From Sedimentisphaerales bacterium (GTDB lineage: Bacteria; Planctomycetota; Phycisphaerae; Sedimentisphaerales; Anaerobacaceae), in the NCBI GenBank assembly GCA_963708075.1, contig OY970194.1, positions 4,928,001 through 4,992,000 of the forward strand: 64,000 nt of DNA. The letters run 5' to 3'. Position 1 is the first letter of the stretch, and each line of letters starts with the position of its first letter. Below are positions 28,787 to 38,203 of the stretch, piece by piece. The notes below the pieces were generated by a model, which was given only the letters and a program-made list of their open reading frames with translations, did no database searches and was not told where the DNA came from. A program made the position numbers and the translations under genes.

Positions 28787-29236
28787 ATGAAGATAGAGTA
28801 CTATCACGCTTCGAAGTACGGCAACGGGGTCATGGTCGCCGAGGAGTTCAAGAAACAGATGGCCGGCAAGGCCGTCACGGTCAATGTTCACCATATCCGT
28901 GATGCCACGCCAAAGGAGCTTCCTCCTGCCGACCTGTACCTGTTCAGCTCACCGGGGCGCTGCGGCAAGCCCATCTGGGGCATGCGCCGCTTCCTCAAGA
29001 AAATGGCGTTGCCGGCAGGGACAAAGTACGCCATCCTGACCACCGAGATGCCAACCCCGGAGGAGCGCACCAAGTGGCAACGCATCCGGCCTGTCATGAC
29101 CGAGCGTCTGCAGGGCAAAGGTCTGGTCAAGGTCGCCGAAGGCAAGGTCCTGGTGACCGGACTCAAGGGCCCGCTGGAGGAGGGCTGGCAGAAGAAGGTG
29201 GAAGCCTTCGCCGCCCAGATCCCGATCCTGCCCTGA
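28787..29236 (+). CDS. Flavodoxin-like protein
   Basis: YHASKYGNG..VAE, FSSP and GLKGPLEEG motifs. Confidence 0.7.
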   Translation: MKIEYYHASKYGNGVMVAEEFKKQMAGKAVTVNVHHIRDATPKELPPADLYLFSSPGRCGKPIWGMRRFLKKMALPAGTKYAILTTEMPTPEERTKWQRIRPVMTERLQGKGLVKVAEGKVLVTGLKGPLEEGWQKKVEAFAAQIPILP

Positions 29237-29290
29237 CGGATGCGCTGCGAACCGAAAGCAGAACCTGATCCTGTTCCCCTCCCCTAGGGT

Positions 29291-29482
29291 TTGTGGAATC
29301 AGGTGCTGATAGCCGAAGAAGGATACGAGGGCAAATACGTGGCGTTGCGCTCGATATCCGACCGAACGGTAGTTGCATCCGGAGACAATCCTGAAACCGT
29401 GATGCAGGAGGCCCGCGAACGAGGAGTAACCAATCCCGTGATCTTTTTCGTCCCAAGCCACGACATCACCCTGGTCTATTGA
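29291..29482 (+). CDS. DUF5678-like small protein (start uncertain)
   Basis: YEGKYVAL......VVASG......A...G...PVIFFVP pattern. Confidence 0.7.
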   Translation: MWNQVLIAEEGYEGKYVALRSISDRTVVASGDNPETVMQEARERGVTNPVIFFVPSHDITLVY

Positions 29483-29483
29483 A

Positions 29484-29590
29484 ATGCCGATCAGCGACTT
29501 CCCATTTCTCAAGGCTTCCGACGCGGACCCGACCCCCCCGGCCTTGGCCGGCTGTGCGAATCCAACACTCTGACACGGGCGCGGGAATTG
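29484..29590 (+). pseudogene. Possible truncated remnant of the partner (retropepsin-like) gene downstream of DUF5678
   Basis: ATG at 29484 gives MPISDFPFL.., then a shifted frame gives PRPWPAVRI..; no catalytic DTGA core follows. Confidence 0.35.
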
Positions 29591-30075
29591 CTCACGTCTC
29601 TCCTCAATGCTCTGTGAGATGGTCACCCGAAGCTGAAACGGGGACCATCATCTATTTCCGCTTTCTCCCGTCTCATTTATCCCTCGGCCTTCGCACCTTC
29701 ATGGCCATCTCCCACATTTCGGCCTCACCACATCTATCCGGCCCACGGCGGGCCGCAACTCTCATTTGTCGTAGCAGTACCAGGGGTGTGTCTCTGGGGA
29801 CTGCCATGCTCGAAACGGGCGGGAGAGACAAGGGCCTTTTTGGGAATGCGGAGTGAAGACGCGGGCGGCGGCGGGACACCGTTCGATTGCGCATTGCGGA
29901 TTGCGGAATGAGGAGGCGGGGATCAGGGATCAGGTTGGCTCCCATGTTCTTACGTTCCTACCTTCTTACCCTCTTACCTTCAGCCGTGCGGGGCGGGGGA
30001 GCGGCGGGACACCGGGCGATTGCGGATTTGGGATGTCGGATTGCGGATTGAGGGGGTGGCGTTTCCGCCGCGTGG

Positions 30076-31731
30076 TTACGTTGGGGGTTGTTTCTTCGGG
30101 ATGGTGGTGGTGTAGTGGTTGGTGATGGGGAGTCGGCGGTCTTTGCCGAAGGCTTTGGGGGTGATTCGGACGCCGGGGGCGGACTGGCGGCGTTTGTACT
30201 CGTTTCGATCGACCATGCGGATGACCCGCTCGACCTCGCGGGCGGGCAGGCCGCAGGCTATCAGCTCCCGCGCGGACTGGTCCTGCTCCACGTAGCCCGT
30301 GATGATCCGGTCGAGCAGGTCGTACTCGGGCAGCGAGTCCTGATCCTTCTGGTTAGGTCGAAGCTCGGCGCTGGGGACCCGCTTGATCACGGCTTCGGGG
30401 ATGACCTCGCGGCCGGCTCGCTGGTTGATGTACGCGGCCAGCTCGTAGATCATCGTCTTGGTGACGTCCTTGATCGGGCCGAAGCCGCCGGCGCTGTCGC
30501 CGTAGAGCGTGCTGTAGCCGACGGAGACCTCGCTCTTGTTGCCGGTGGTCAGGACGAGGGCGCCGAGTTGGTTGCTCAGGGACATGAGGATCATACCGCG
30601 GATGCGGGCCTGGAGGTTCTCGTAGGCGAGGCCCATGTCGTTCCATCGCGGCTCGGCCTTGAGGGACTCGTTGAACGGCGTGAGGATCGGCTCGATGGGG
30701 ATCGTCAGCAGCCGGCAGCCGAGGTTGTCCGAAACGCGTTTGGCGTCGGCGATCGTCTCGGGGCTGTTGAAGCGCGACGGCATCGTGACGCAGATGACAT
30801 TCTGCGGGCCCAGCGCTGCGGCGGCGACGGCGGCGGTGACGGCCGAGTCGATTCCGCCGCTGATGCCCAGCAGGACCTGCGTAAAGCCGTTCTTCTGCGT
30901 GTAGTCGCGCGTGCCCAGAACGAGTGCCTCGTACACTTCTTCGAGCGGGCCCTGCGGCTGGGGGACGGGCGGCTGGAAGGGCTTGACGTACACGCCGCCC
31001 TTACCGAGCTCGATGTCGGCCAGGAGCAGGTCCTCCTCGAAGGCTTTGGCCATGGTGACGATCTTGCCTGTGGAGTCGGCGAGGATGCTGCGGCCGTCGA
31101 AGACCAGCTCGTCCTGGCCGCCGACGAGGTTGCAGTAGGCGACGGCGCCGCCGAAGATGTCGGCACAATCGGCGACGACCTTGCAGCGGGTGAAGATTTT
31201 GTTCATGTGGAAGGGCGAGGCGGAGATGTTGACCATGAGGTCGATCCGGCCGATGCGGTTGAACAGGCGGGCGAGCCACTGCTCGTCCCAGATGTCCTGG
31301 CAGATGGTTACGGCGGTTCGCAGGCCGGCGACGTCGACGACCACCGGCTGATTGCCCGGCAGGAAGTACCGCTGCTCGTCGAAGACGCTGTAGTTGGGCA
31401 ATAGGCCCTTGTGGTAGATGGCGTCGATGCGGCCGTCGCGGATCACGGCGGCGGCGTTGAACAGCTCGCCGTTGGAGTTATCGACGAAGCCAACGACAAG
31501 CGTTTTCTGTGGGCAGGCGGCGACGAGATCATCGAGCGCGGCACGGTTGTCCTCGACGAACTGCTTCTTGTAGACGAGGTCCTCGGGTGGATAGCCGCAG
31601 ATGGCCAGCTCGGGGAACAGCACCAGGTCCGCCCCGGCCGCCACCGCCTGCGACCACATCCGCTTCATCTTCGCGACGTTGCCCGATAAGTCGCCCACCG
31701 TCGCATTGAACTGCCCTACCGCGATGCGCAC
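30076..31731 (-). CDS. nadE: Glutamine-dependent NAD+ synthetase
   Basis: Nitrilase domain (FPEL, K..LPNY.VFDE, ICQD) plus synthetase SGGIDS, ENLQARIR, TGNKSE, PSAEL and EYKRRQ. Confidence 0.95.
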   Translation of the reverse strand: MRIAVGQFNATVGDLSGNVAKMKRMWSQAVAAGADLVLFPELAICGYPPEDLVYKKQFVEDNRAALDDLVAACPQKTLVVGFVDNSNGELFNAAAVIRDGRIDAIYHKGLLPNYSVFDEQRYFLPGNQPVVVDVAGLRTAVTICQDIWDEQWLARLFNRIGRIDLMVNISASPFHMNKIFTRCKVVADCADIFGGAVAYCNLVGGQDELVFDGRSILADSTGKIVTMAKAFEEDLLLADIELGKGGVYVKPFQPPVPQPQGPLEEVYEALVLGTRDYTQKNGFTQVLLGISGGIDSAVTAAVAAAALGPQNVICVTMPSRFNSPETIADAKRVSDNLGCRLLTIPIEPILTPFNESLKAEPRWNDMGLAYENLQARIRGMILMSLSNQLGALVLTTGNKSEVSVGYSTLYGDSAGGFGPIKDVTKTMIYELAAYINQRAGREVIPEAVIKRVPSAELRPNQKDQDSLPEYDLLDRIITGYVEQDQSARELIACGLPAREVERVIRMVDRNEYKRRQSAPGVRITPKAFGKDRRLPITNHYTTTIPKKQPPT

Positions 31732-31880
31732 TGCCAAACTCCAACAATTGAACAAACCCTGCACGAGTCATACGCTGGGGATGAGCGCCTCGTGCATGCG
31801 ACCATTCTACGCCCGCCCGCGGCCACGGCAATACCTTTTGCGCGAGAGCGGATGTCCAGCAGGCTTTTGGGCACTGTGCC

Positions 31881-31974
31881 GGGTGGCAGCGGCAAGCGGA
31901 GTCTTCGGAGCTTGCCGATGGCGTGCATGGATAGACACGAGCCATCGGCAAGCTGGCGCTTGCCGCTGCCACCC
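31881..31974. repeat. Palindromic element related to family A (partial copy at 35901-35974)
   Basis: GGGTGGCAGCGGCAAGC...GCTTGCCGCTGCCACCC with inner TTGCCGATGG / CCATCGGCAA. Confidence 0.8.
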
Positions 31975-32163
31975 ATCACTGTCCATCTGAAAAGGCCAGA
32001 TTGAGATCCGCAGAGGACTTCCATTTTACTTTCACACACACGGGCGCGGGCACAGGTTGCTCTGCGGGGGCGGGGTTGGTAGAATATGGGCACGATGGTG
32101 GGCACGGCCCGCTCCGGGTGTGAGCAGGTCCTGGTTGCACACGGGACAGATGAGGAGAAGTCT

Positions 32164-33234
32164 ATGTCAATCCATGCAAGCCCCTTCAATCGACGGGAAC
32201 TGCTCAAGGGTCTGGGGGCCGCGGCGGCGTTCGCATCGCTGGGGCTGCGGCCGGGGCGGGTGCGGGCCGAGGGCGAGACACAAAATGCCGTCGGCACCGG
32301 CGGGCGACTGTTTACGCCGTATGACAAGGCCTCGAAGGTCAGCATCGTCAAGGGCAACGACCGGCGGGAGATCGTGTTCCAGTCGCTCAAGAATATCGAG
32401 AGCGAGGTCCTCGCGTCGATTGGGAATAAGAAGAAGATTCTGGTCAAGCCGAACTTTGTCTCGACCAATCGCCCGCTGGCCGCGAGCCATGCGGATGAAA
32501 TCCGCGGCATCCTCGATTTCCTCAAGCCGCACTTCAAGGGCGAGATCATCGTCGGCGAATCCGCCCCCGGCAAGGGCGGCACGTTCGAAGGCTTCCAGAA
32601 CTTCGGCTACATGCCCCTGGAGAAAGAGTACGGCATCAAGCTGGTGGACCTGAACAAGCAGCCGTGGGTGTACCGCTACGTGTTCGGCAAGGATCATCGC
32701 CCGCTGCCCATTCGAATCATCTCGACGTTCATGGATCGCGACACGTACATCATCTCGGCGGCCAAGATGAAGACGCACGACCGGGCCATCACCACGCTGT
32801 CGCTCAAGAATACGCTGATCGGCGCTCCGCTGAGCGACGGGCAGAAGAACGACAAGTGGCTGACGCACATGGAATACAATTTCACGCCGAAAGAGACGCT
32901 GCACTTCAATATGTTCCATCTGGCCCAGGAGATCTGGCCGGACCTCGGCATCATCGACGGCTTCGAGGCGATGGAAGGCAACGGCCCGATCGGCGGCACA
33001 CCGGTCGATGCCAAGGTCGCACTGGCGAGCCTGGACCCGCTGGCGCTGGACACCCTGACGACCAGAATCATGGGCTTCGATACGTCGAAGATCATGTACC
33101 TGACGGCGATGGCCGAGGCGGGCATGGGCCAGGGCGACATGGCAAAGGTCCAGGTCGTCGGCACGCCGCTCGACCAGTGCCAGTACAAGTTCAAGCCGCA
33201 CGAGAAACTGATCGAGTCCTACGGATTGGGTTAG
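32164..33234 (+). CDS. Tat-exported DUF362 family (Fe-S) protein
   Basis: NRRELLKG Tat motif; ILVKPN, KMKTH...TLSLKN, IIDG..AMEGNGP and DPLALD. Confidence 0.85.
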   Translation: MSIHASPFNRRELLKGLGAAAAFASLGLRPGRVRAEGETQNAVGTGGRLFTPYDKASKVSIVKGNDRREIVFQSLKNIESEVLASIGNKKKILVKPNFVSTNRPLAASHADEIRGILDFLKPHFKGEIIVGESAPGKGGTFEGFQNFGYMPLEKEYGIKLVDLNKQPWVYRYVFGKDHRPLPIRIISTFMDRDTYIISAAKMKTHDRAITTLSLKNTLIGAPLSDGQKNDKWLTHMEYNFTPKETLHFNMFHLAQEIWPDLGIIDGFEAMEGNGPIGGTPVDAKVALASLDPLALDTLTTRIMGFDTSKIMYLTAMAEAGMGQGDMAKVQVVGTPLDQCQYKFKPHEKLIESYGLG

Positions 33235-33262
33235 ACGCAAGAAAGGGTGGTATCGCCAAAAG

Positions 33263-33342
33263 GGGTGCCATGCTTACGCTTGCGTAAGCATGTTTTGCAT
33301 CGCATTGACGAACATGTCTACGCAAGCGTAGACATGGCACCC
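33263..33342. repeat. REP-like doublet GGGTGCCATG...CATGGCACCC (second full copy at 36039-36117)
   Basis: Two internal hairpins, CATGCTTACGCTTGCGTAAGCATG and CATGTCTACGCAAGCGTAGACATG. Confidence 0.85.
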
Positions 33343-33377
33343 GGCGCAGCCGCAGGGACGGCAATGCGGGGGGTCGG

Positions 33378-35873
33378 ATGCACACGATGGATATACGGAG
33401 AATCCTGAAATCCGATTTCGTTCGTCTCGGTGCTCTGATGGGGCTGTGCCTGGCCCTCGGCCTCTATCTGATCGCCACGACGGTACTGATCTCCAAGGAC
33501 GGGGTCTTCTACATCGGTCAGGCTCAAGCTTTCCCTCGCGATCCGCTGGGCGTGGCGCAGAGGCACCCGCCGGGGTACCCGGCCCTGCTGTCGATCGCCC
33601 ATGCGACGACCGGCCTGTTCTCCGCGAGCGACTCGGTTCTGTCGTGGGTCCACGTCTCGCAAAGCGTCACGTTGCTATGCCGGGCGCTGGCACTGGTTCC
33701 GCTGTACTTCCTGGGAAAGTCGCTGATCGGCGGGGCAAGGGCCTTCTGGGCGATTCTGATTCTCCTCGTGCTGCCCTACCCTGCGCAGTACGGCAGCGAC
33801 GTGCTGCGGGACTGGCCCTATGTGTTCTTCCTGAGCCTCGGCTTCTGGCTCTTGTACCAGGCGTTGCGACGGCGGGTCTGGTGGCTCTTTGCCCTGGTGG
33901 GGCTCGACGCCGCTGCGGGGTACTCGATCCAGCCGGCCTGCGCCCAACTGATCCTTTATGGTCTGCTCGGCCTTGCGGTTGGGCTTCGCCCAGACGCAAA
34001 ATATTGCGTCTCTACAGGAAACCGGCCGCTGTGGCGGGGGTCGCTGATGGCTGCCGTTCTACTCGTCGCCGGCTTCGCAGGACCCGTGCTGCCCTTTGCC
34101 TTCGCGACCGGCACGTTGATTCCGCACCAGTTGAGGCCGGCGACATTCAACTCACCTCCTGTGATCATCTCCGTCGGCGGCAAGGGGGCGAGCAGGGATC
34201 CACTGGAATTCGAAGTCCGTGAGGGCGAGCTCCTGGAGGTCGAAATCGAGGCTTCCGACGCACAGGGCGACAATCTGACGTTCTCGCTGGCCTCTGTCCC
34301 GATGGGATCACGGCCGGTCTACCAATCCCGGCCGGCTGCCGGCGGCGATTGCTTCATGACCATCTCGGAAGATGAGAGGAGCGCGCTGCTGGAAATGCAC
34401 CCTCCAGTCGTGCCCAACTATGACGGCATCATCTATTACGCTTACACGCGGGCAGATGCATGCCCCGGCCTGGAGCCCGTGCATCGCCTCTGGTCGCCCG
34501 TCCTGCAGCGGCATTTCTACACGATCTACCCATCGGAGAAGGACGCTGTCCTCGCGGAATCGCCGAAAGACACATGGACATACGAGGGTATCGCGTTCTA
34601 CGCATTTGCCGAAGGCCGCCAACCGCCCGAGGCCGTGCCTGTCCATCGGTTCTCCAGCGAGCAGACAGGACACTCGTGGGCGATCACAGGGAAAATAGGG
34701 ACAGGGAAAATAGGGACAGGGAAAATAGGGACTGTCCCTAATAAGTCTAAGTCGGCGGCGGGTGATCCGGTAGCATGGTATGTCCACGTGGCGAACCAAC
34801 CCCCTGCCGGCATGTCTATGCAGGACAGTACTCTCCGTTGGCAGCCCGGCCCCGGCCAGCGCGGCGAGTGTCAGATCAACATCATCATCAGCGACGGCAG
34901 CATGGAAAGCTGCCAGCTCGTGAAGATAAGGGTCGTTCAGCCCGAGGTGGCATCGTCAGACCCGCTCGTAGGGTGGGTCCTTGACCCACGCGGTCATTCG
35001 AGCGAGACCTTCCCTGACGCGTGGGTTGAGAACCCACCCTACACTTTGCTGCCAGGTGTTCTTTCGTATGCCCTTACGGGCACACTACAAACCGGATCTC
35101 CCGCGTTGGCGCTCCCTGCCGCAATTCCGCATTCCGCACTCCGCACTCCGCACTCGGCATACGCCGGCGTGGGCAGGTTGCCGGGGGCGGTGGACAGGCT
35201 CTTTGACAAGTTTGCCGAGAGCCTGATGGTGTTCTTTCTCGTGCCCTGGTGCGTGGGACTCTATTACCGCATGCGGCACGAGGCGGACCGGCTGGAGCGG
35301 GTTCTGACGACGGCGGTGATCGCGGTGAATGTGGGACTGATCCTCGGCCGGTATGCGTGGGTCGCGCCCGCCATGGAAAGACGGTACTGCCTGGCTCTGG
35401 TCGCGCTGACGATCTTCTACGTGCCGGCGGGCCTGGAGCACATCGCTCTCTGGCTGAGCCGGCGGACCATCACGGCGGACCCATCAAGAGGACTTGCGAA
35501 CAAGCGCACCTCGACCTGGTTCCACGTCCTGGCACTGATCGGCATCGGCATCTGCCTTCCCAAGCTGTTGACGCCGCCGTACGCAGAGAAGGGTAGCTAC
35601 GTGAAGGCCATCCAGTGGCTGCGTGACAACACGCAGCCGGAGGACGTGACGGCCGTACCGGACAACCGGCTGACCTTCTACGCCCAGCGTCCCGGCCTCG
35701 TGTACCGCGATGAGCCGGACCCGCGACGAGCCGACTACATCGTAAGAATTCTCGATGCGGGCATGAAGGCGGCACCGCCGGCGGGCTGGTCCGAGGAGTA
35801 TTCCCTGCCCGTTGACAACCGACGGAACCGGACTCTCGTCATCTACAACACCCACCGCCGCAAGGGCTCCTGA
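33378..35873 (+). CDS. GT-C fold (PMT_2-like) membrane glycosyltransferase with inserted Ig-like and DUF5648-like domains
   Basis: DGVFYI..A, HPPGYP.LL, multiple TM helices, ERRY and AIQWL..NT; soluble insert with PVHRLWS....HFYT...E motifs. Confidence 0.65.
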   Translation: MHTMDIRRILKSDFVRLGALMGLCLALGLYLIATTVLISKDGVFYIGQAQAFPRDPLGVAQRHPPGYPALLSIAHATTGLFSASDSVLSWVHVSQSVTLLCRALALVPLYFLGKSLIGGARAFWAILILLVLPYPAQYGSDVLRDWPYVFFLSLGFWLLYQALRRRVWWLFALVGLDAAAGYSIQPACAQLILYGLLGLAVGLRPDAKYCVSTGNRPLWRGSLMAAVLLVAGFAGPVLPFAFATGTLIPHQLRPATFNSPPVIISVGGKGASRDPLEFEVREGELLEVEIEASDAQGDNLTFSLASVPMGSRPVYQSRPAAGGDCFMTISEDERSALLEMHPPVVPNYDGIIYYAYTRADACPGLEPVHRLWSPVLQRHFYTIYPSEKDAVLAESPKDTWTYEGIAFYAFAEGRQPPEAVPVHRFSSEQTGHSWAITGKIGTGKIGTGKIGTVPNKSKSAAGDPVAWYVHVANQPPAGMSMQDSTLRWQPGPGQRGECQINIIISDGSMESCQLVKIRVVQPEVASSDPLVGWVLDPRGHSSETFPDAWVENPPYTLLPGVLSYALTGTLQTGSPALALPAAIPHSALRTPHSAYAGVGRLPGAVDRLFDKFAESLMVFFLVPWCVGLYYRMRHEADRLERVLTTAVIAVNVGLILGRYAWVAPAMERRYCLALVALTIFYVPAGLEHIALWLSRRTITADPSRGLANKRTSTWFHVLALIGIGICLPKLLTPPYAEKGSYVKAIQWLRDNTQPEDVTAVPDNRLTFYAQRPGLVYRDEPDPRRADYIVRILDAGMKAAPPAGWSEEYSLPVDNRRNRTLVIYNTHRRKGS

Positions 35874-36121
35874 ACCTCCGATATTTACGCCTCTGTCCCC
35901 GGGCGGCATCGGTATCACGCAAATTCCAGACAGCCATCGGCAAGCTCCGAAGACTCCGCTTGCCGATGCCACCCGGTATCTACCGGATTAGAATAGTCGG
36001 AATACTAGTGCCCCAGCTATCTCAACACTGGGGGTGGCGGGTGCCATGTCCGCGCCTGCGTAGACATGCTCCATTCGACGGACAAGACATGCTTACGCAA
36101 GCGTAAGCATGGCACCCGAGC

Positions 36122-37117
36122 CTATCCGGTTTCTTCCCGACACCAGCCGCGCACCGGCGCAGCGACTCGACAGGACAAGCGACGTCTGAATCCGTTGGCA
36201 CGGGTATCCATCGCAACGGTTGTCAGGGACTTACGGCCGGGGCGAAGCGTGGAGGGCAGGAGCCAGCGGGAAGAGAATACAGCTTTGACGAGGATCCCCG
36301 TGTAGATGAGAAGATTCGTCACGGACGAGCAGTCCGTGGCGAAGTGCTTCTTGTGGAAGAGGTACATGGCCCGATAGAACTCGTAGCCCGTCTTCCTGTT
36401 GTTCGTGCTGCAGCCGACGCCCTTATAATGGAGGATGTGGGCGTCGGGGTAGTACATCACCTTCCAGCCGGCCTTCTTGGCCCGGATGCACCAGTCGATA
36501 TCCTCGCCGTAAATCCAGAAGCTCTCATCGAGCAGGCCGATCTGATCGATCGCCCGGCGGCGGATGAGCAGGAAGGCCCCGGACACGGCATCGACCTCGT
36601 GGGTCTGCATCGGATCCAGGTAGGTCAGATTGTACCGGGCCATCACCCTGCTCCGGGGAAACAGCCGGCTCAGCCCGGTGAGTCGGAAGAACGCCACCGA
36701 CGGCGACGGGATGCTCCGCCGACAGGCGAGCTGCAGGGAGCCGTCCTCGTTGAGCACCTGACAGCCGGAGACGCCGACATCGGGCTGGGCGTCCATGAAC
36801 TGCACCATCTTGTCGATCGCGCCGTCCTCGATGAGCGTGTCGGGGTTCAGGAGCAGAACGTAATCCGACCGGCACCTGCGGATGGCCTGGTTGTTGGCCC
36901 GGGTGAAGCCGACGTTGTCATCGTTTTCGATGAGATGGACCTCGGGGAAGTTCTGCCTGAGCATCGGGACACTGTTGTCGCGGGAAGCATTGTCGATCAC
37001 CCAGATCTCGAAGCGGGCATGCCTCGTTTCCCTGTATATCGACTCGATACATTCCCTGAGCAGTCTCTCGACGTTGAAACTGATGATGATAATGGCGATT
37101 GTGGAATTGCTGGTCAT
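36122..37117 (-). CDS. Glycosyltransferase family 2 (WbbL-like)
   Basis: IIISFN, VIDNAS.D, NVGFTRANN, LLNPD, VSGAFLL and YGEDIDWC. Confidence 0.9.
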   Translation of the reverse strand: MTSNSTIAIIIISFNVERLLRECIESIYRETRHARFEIWVIDNASRDNSVPMLRQNFPEVHLIENDDNVGFTRANNQAIRRCRSDYVLLLNPDTLIEDGAIDKMVQFMDAQPDVGVSGCQVLNEDGSLQLACRRSIPSPSVAFFRLTGLSRLFPRSRVMARYNLTYLDPMQTHEVDAVSGAFLLIRRRAIDQIGLLDESFWIYGEDIDWCIRAKKAGWKVMYYPDAHILHYKGVGCSTNNRKTGYEFYRAMYLFHKKHFATDCSSVTNLLIYTGILVKAVFSSRWLLPSTLRPGRKSLTTVAMDTRANGFRRRLSCRVAAPVRGWCREETG

Positions 37118-37138
37118 GCGTCCGTGCGTCCCTTTTCC

Positions 37139-38143
37139 TCAGAAGAGTCTCTTCTTCCACGTCTCCGGCGTCCTATCGTTGATGATTTCCAGCTCGATGT
37201 GGTATTTGAAAGGCCTGGGGCCCCGCCGGCGGATGTAGTCGGCGACGGCGGTCAGGCCGTCCCGCAGCTTGACGCGGGGCTCGTACTTCAGCAGCCGCCG
37301 TGCCTTGTCCGCCGAGCAGTTGGCACAAGTCACTTCCTGCGGCTTCTCCCTCACATAGACAGGCTTGACATCCACCCCTACGATGTCCTCGATGATGGCG
37401 GCCAGCTCATTGATCGTGATGCACTCATCGTCCGGCCCGATATTGATGACCTCGCCGTTGACGCAATCCTCGGTGGCCAGCTTCTTGAGCAGCTCCACGT
37501 CGTCCTGGACGAAGCTGAAGCATCGTTTCTGACTCCCGTCGCCGTAGATGATCGGCGGTTTGCCTTGCAGGATCAGGTTGATCATGATGCTCGCAACGTT
37601 GCGATAGGGATCGTCGTATTTCTGCCGCGGGCCAATGATGTTGTGCGGCACGGCGATAACGTATTCCATGCCGTGGATGGCCGCCAGGTTCCTCAGGAAC
37701 ATCTCCGAGCTGAGCTTGCCGATCCCGTAGGGGTCCTGGGGCCTGGGCGTCATGTCCTCCCTGAAGGGCGTTTCTTCCTGCGTGCCGTACCGCGCCATAC
37801 TGGAGCACAGGATGAATCGTCTCGCTTTGTTGGCGATGGAGGCGGTGATCATGGAGATGGAGGCCTGCACGATGTTCTTGGTCACATAGTACGGGCTGAA
37901 TATGCTCAGTCCTTCATAGGCCGCGGCGGCGCAGTGGTACACGACATCGCAGCCCCGGATGATTTTCGTCAGGGAGTTGTAGTCGTTGCAGTCGCAGTGG
38001 TGAAACTCGACGGCCGTGGCGACGTTGTCCAAGTAGCCCCCGATCAGACTGTCACAGCCGACGACCACGTGGTCGTCCGTCAGGAATGCGTCCGCCAGAT
38101 GACTGCCCAGGAACCCTGCCACACCGCTGATGAAGACTCTCAT
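37139..38143 (-). CDS. NAD-dependent epimerase/dehydratase
   Basis: GVAGFLG, SS...YG, YGIGK, HNIIGP and GDGSQKRCF. Confidence 0.9.
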   Translation of the reverse strand: MRVFISGVAGFLGSHLADAFLTDDHVVVGCDSLIGGYLDNVATAVEFHHCDCNDYNSLTKIIRGCDVVYHCAAAAYEGLSIFSPYYVTKNIVQASISMITASIANKARRFILCSSMARYGTQEETPFREDMTPRPQDPYGIGKLSSEMFLRNLAAIHGMEYVIAVPHNIIGPRQKYDDPYRNVASIMINLILQGKPPIIYGDGSQKRCFSFVQDDVELLKKLATEDCVNGEVINIGPDDECITINELAAIIEDIVGVDVKPVYVREKPQEVTCANCSADKARRLLKYEPRVKLRDGLTAVADYIRRRGPRPFKYHIELEIINDRTPETWKKRLF

Positions 38144-38203
38144 TCCTGCCCCCCGAGAACGACGGGACTGGCCCGCCTGTCACTCACCGCCCATCACCAT
38201 CCA

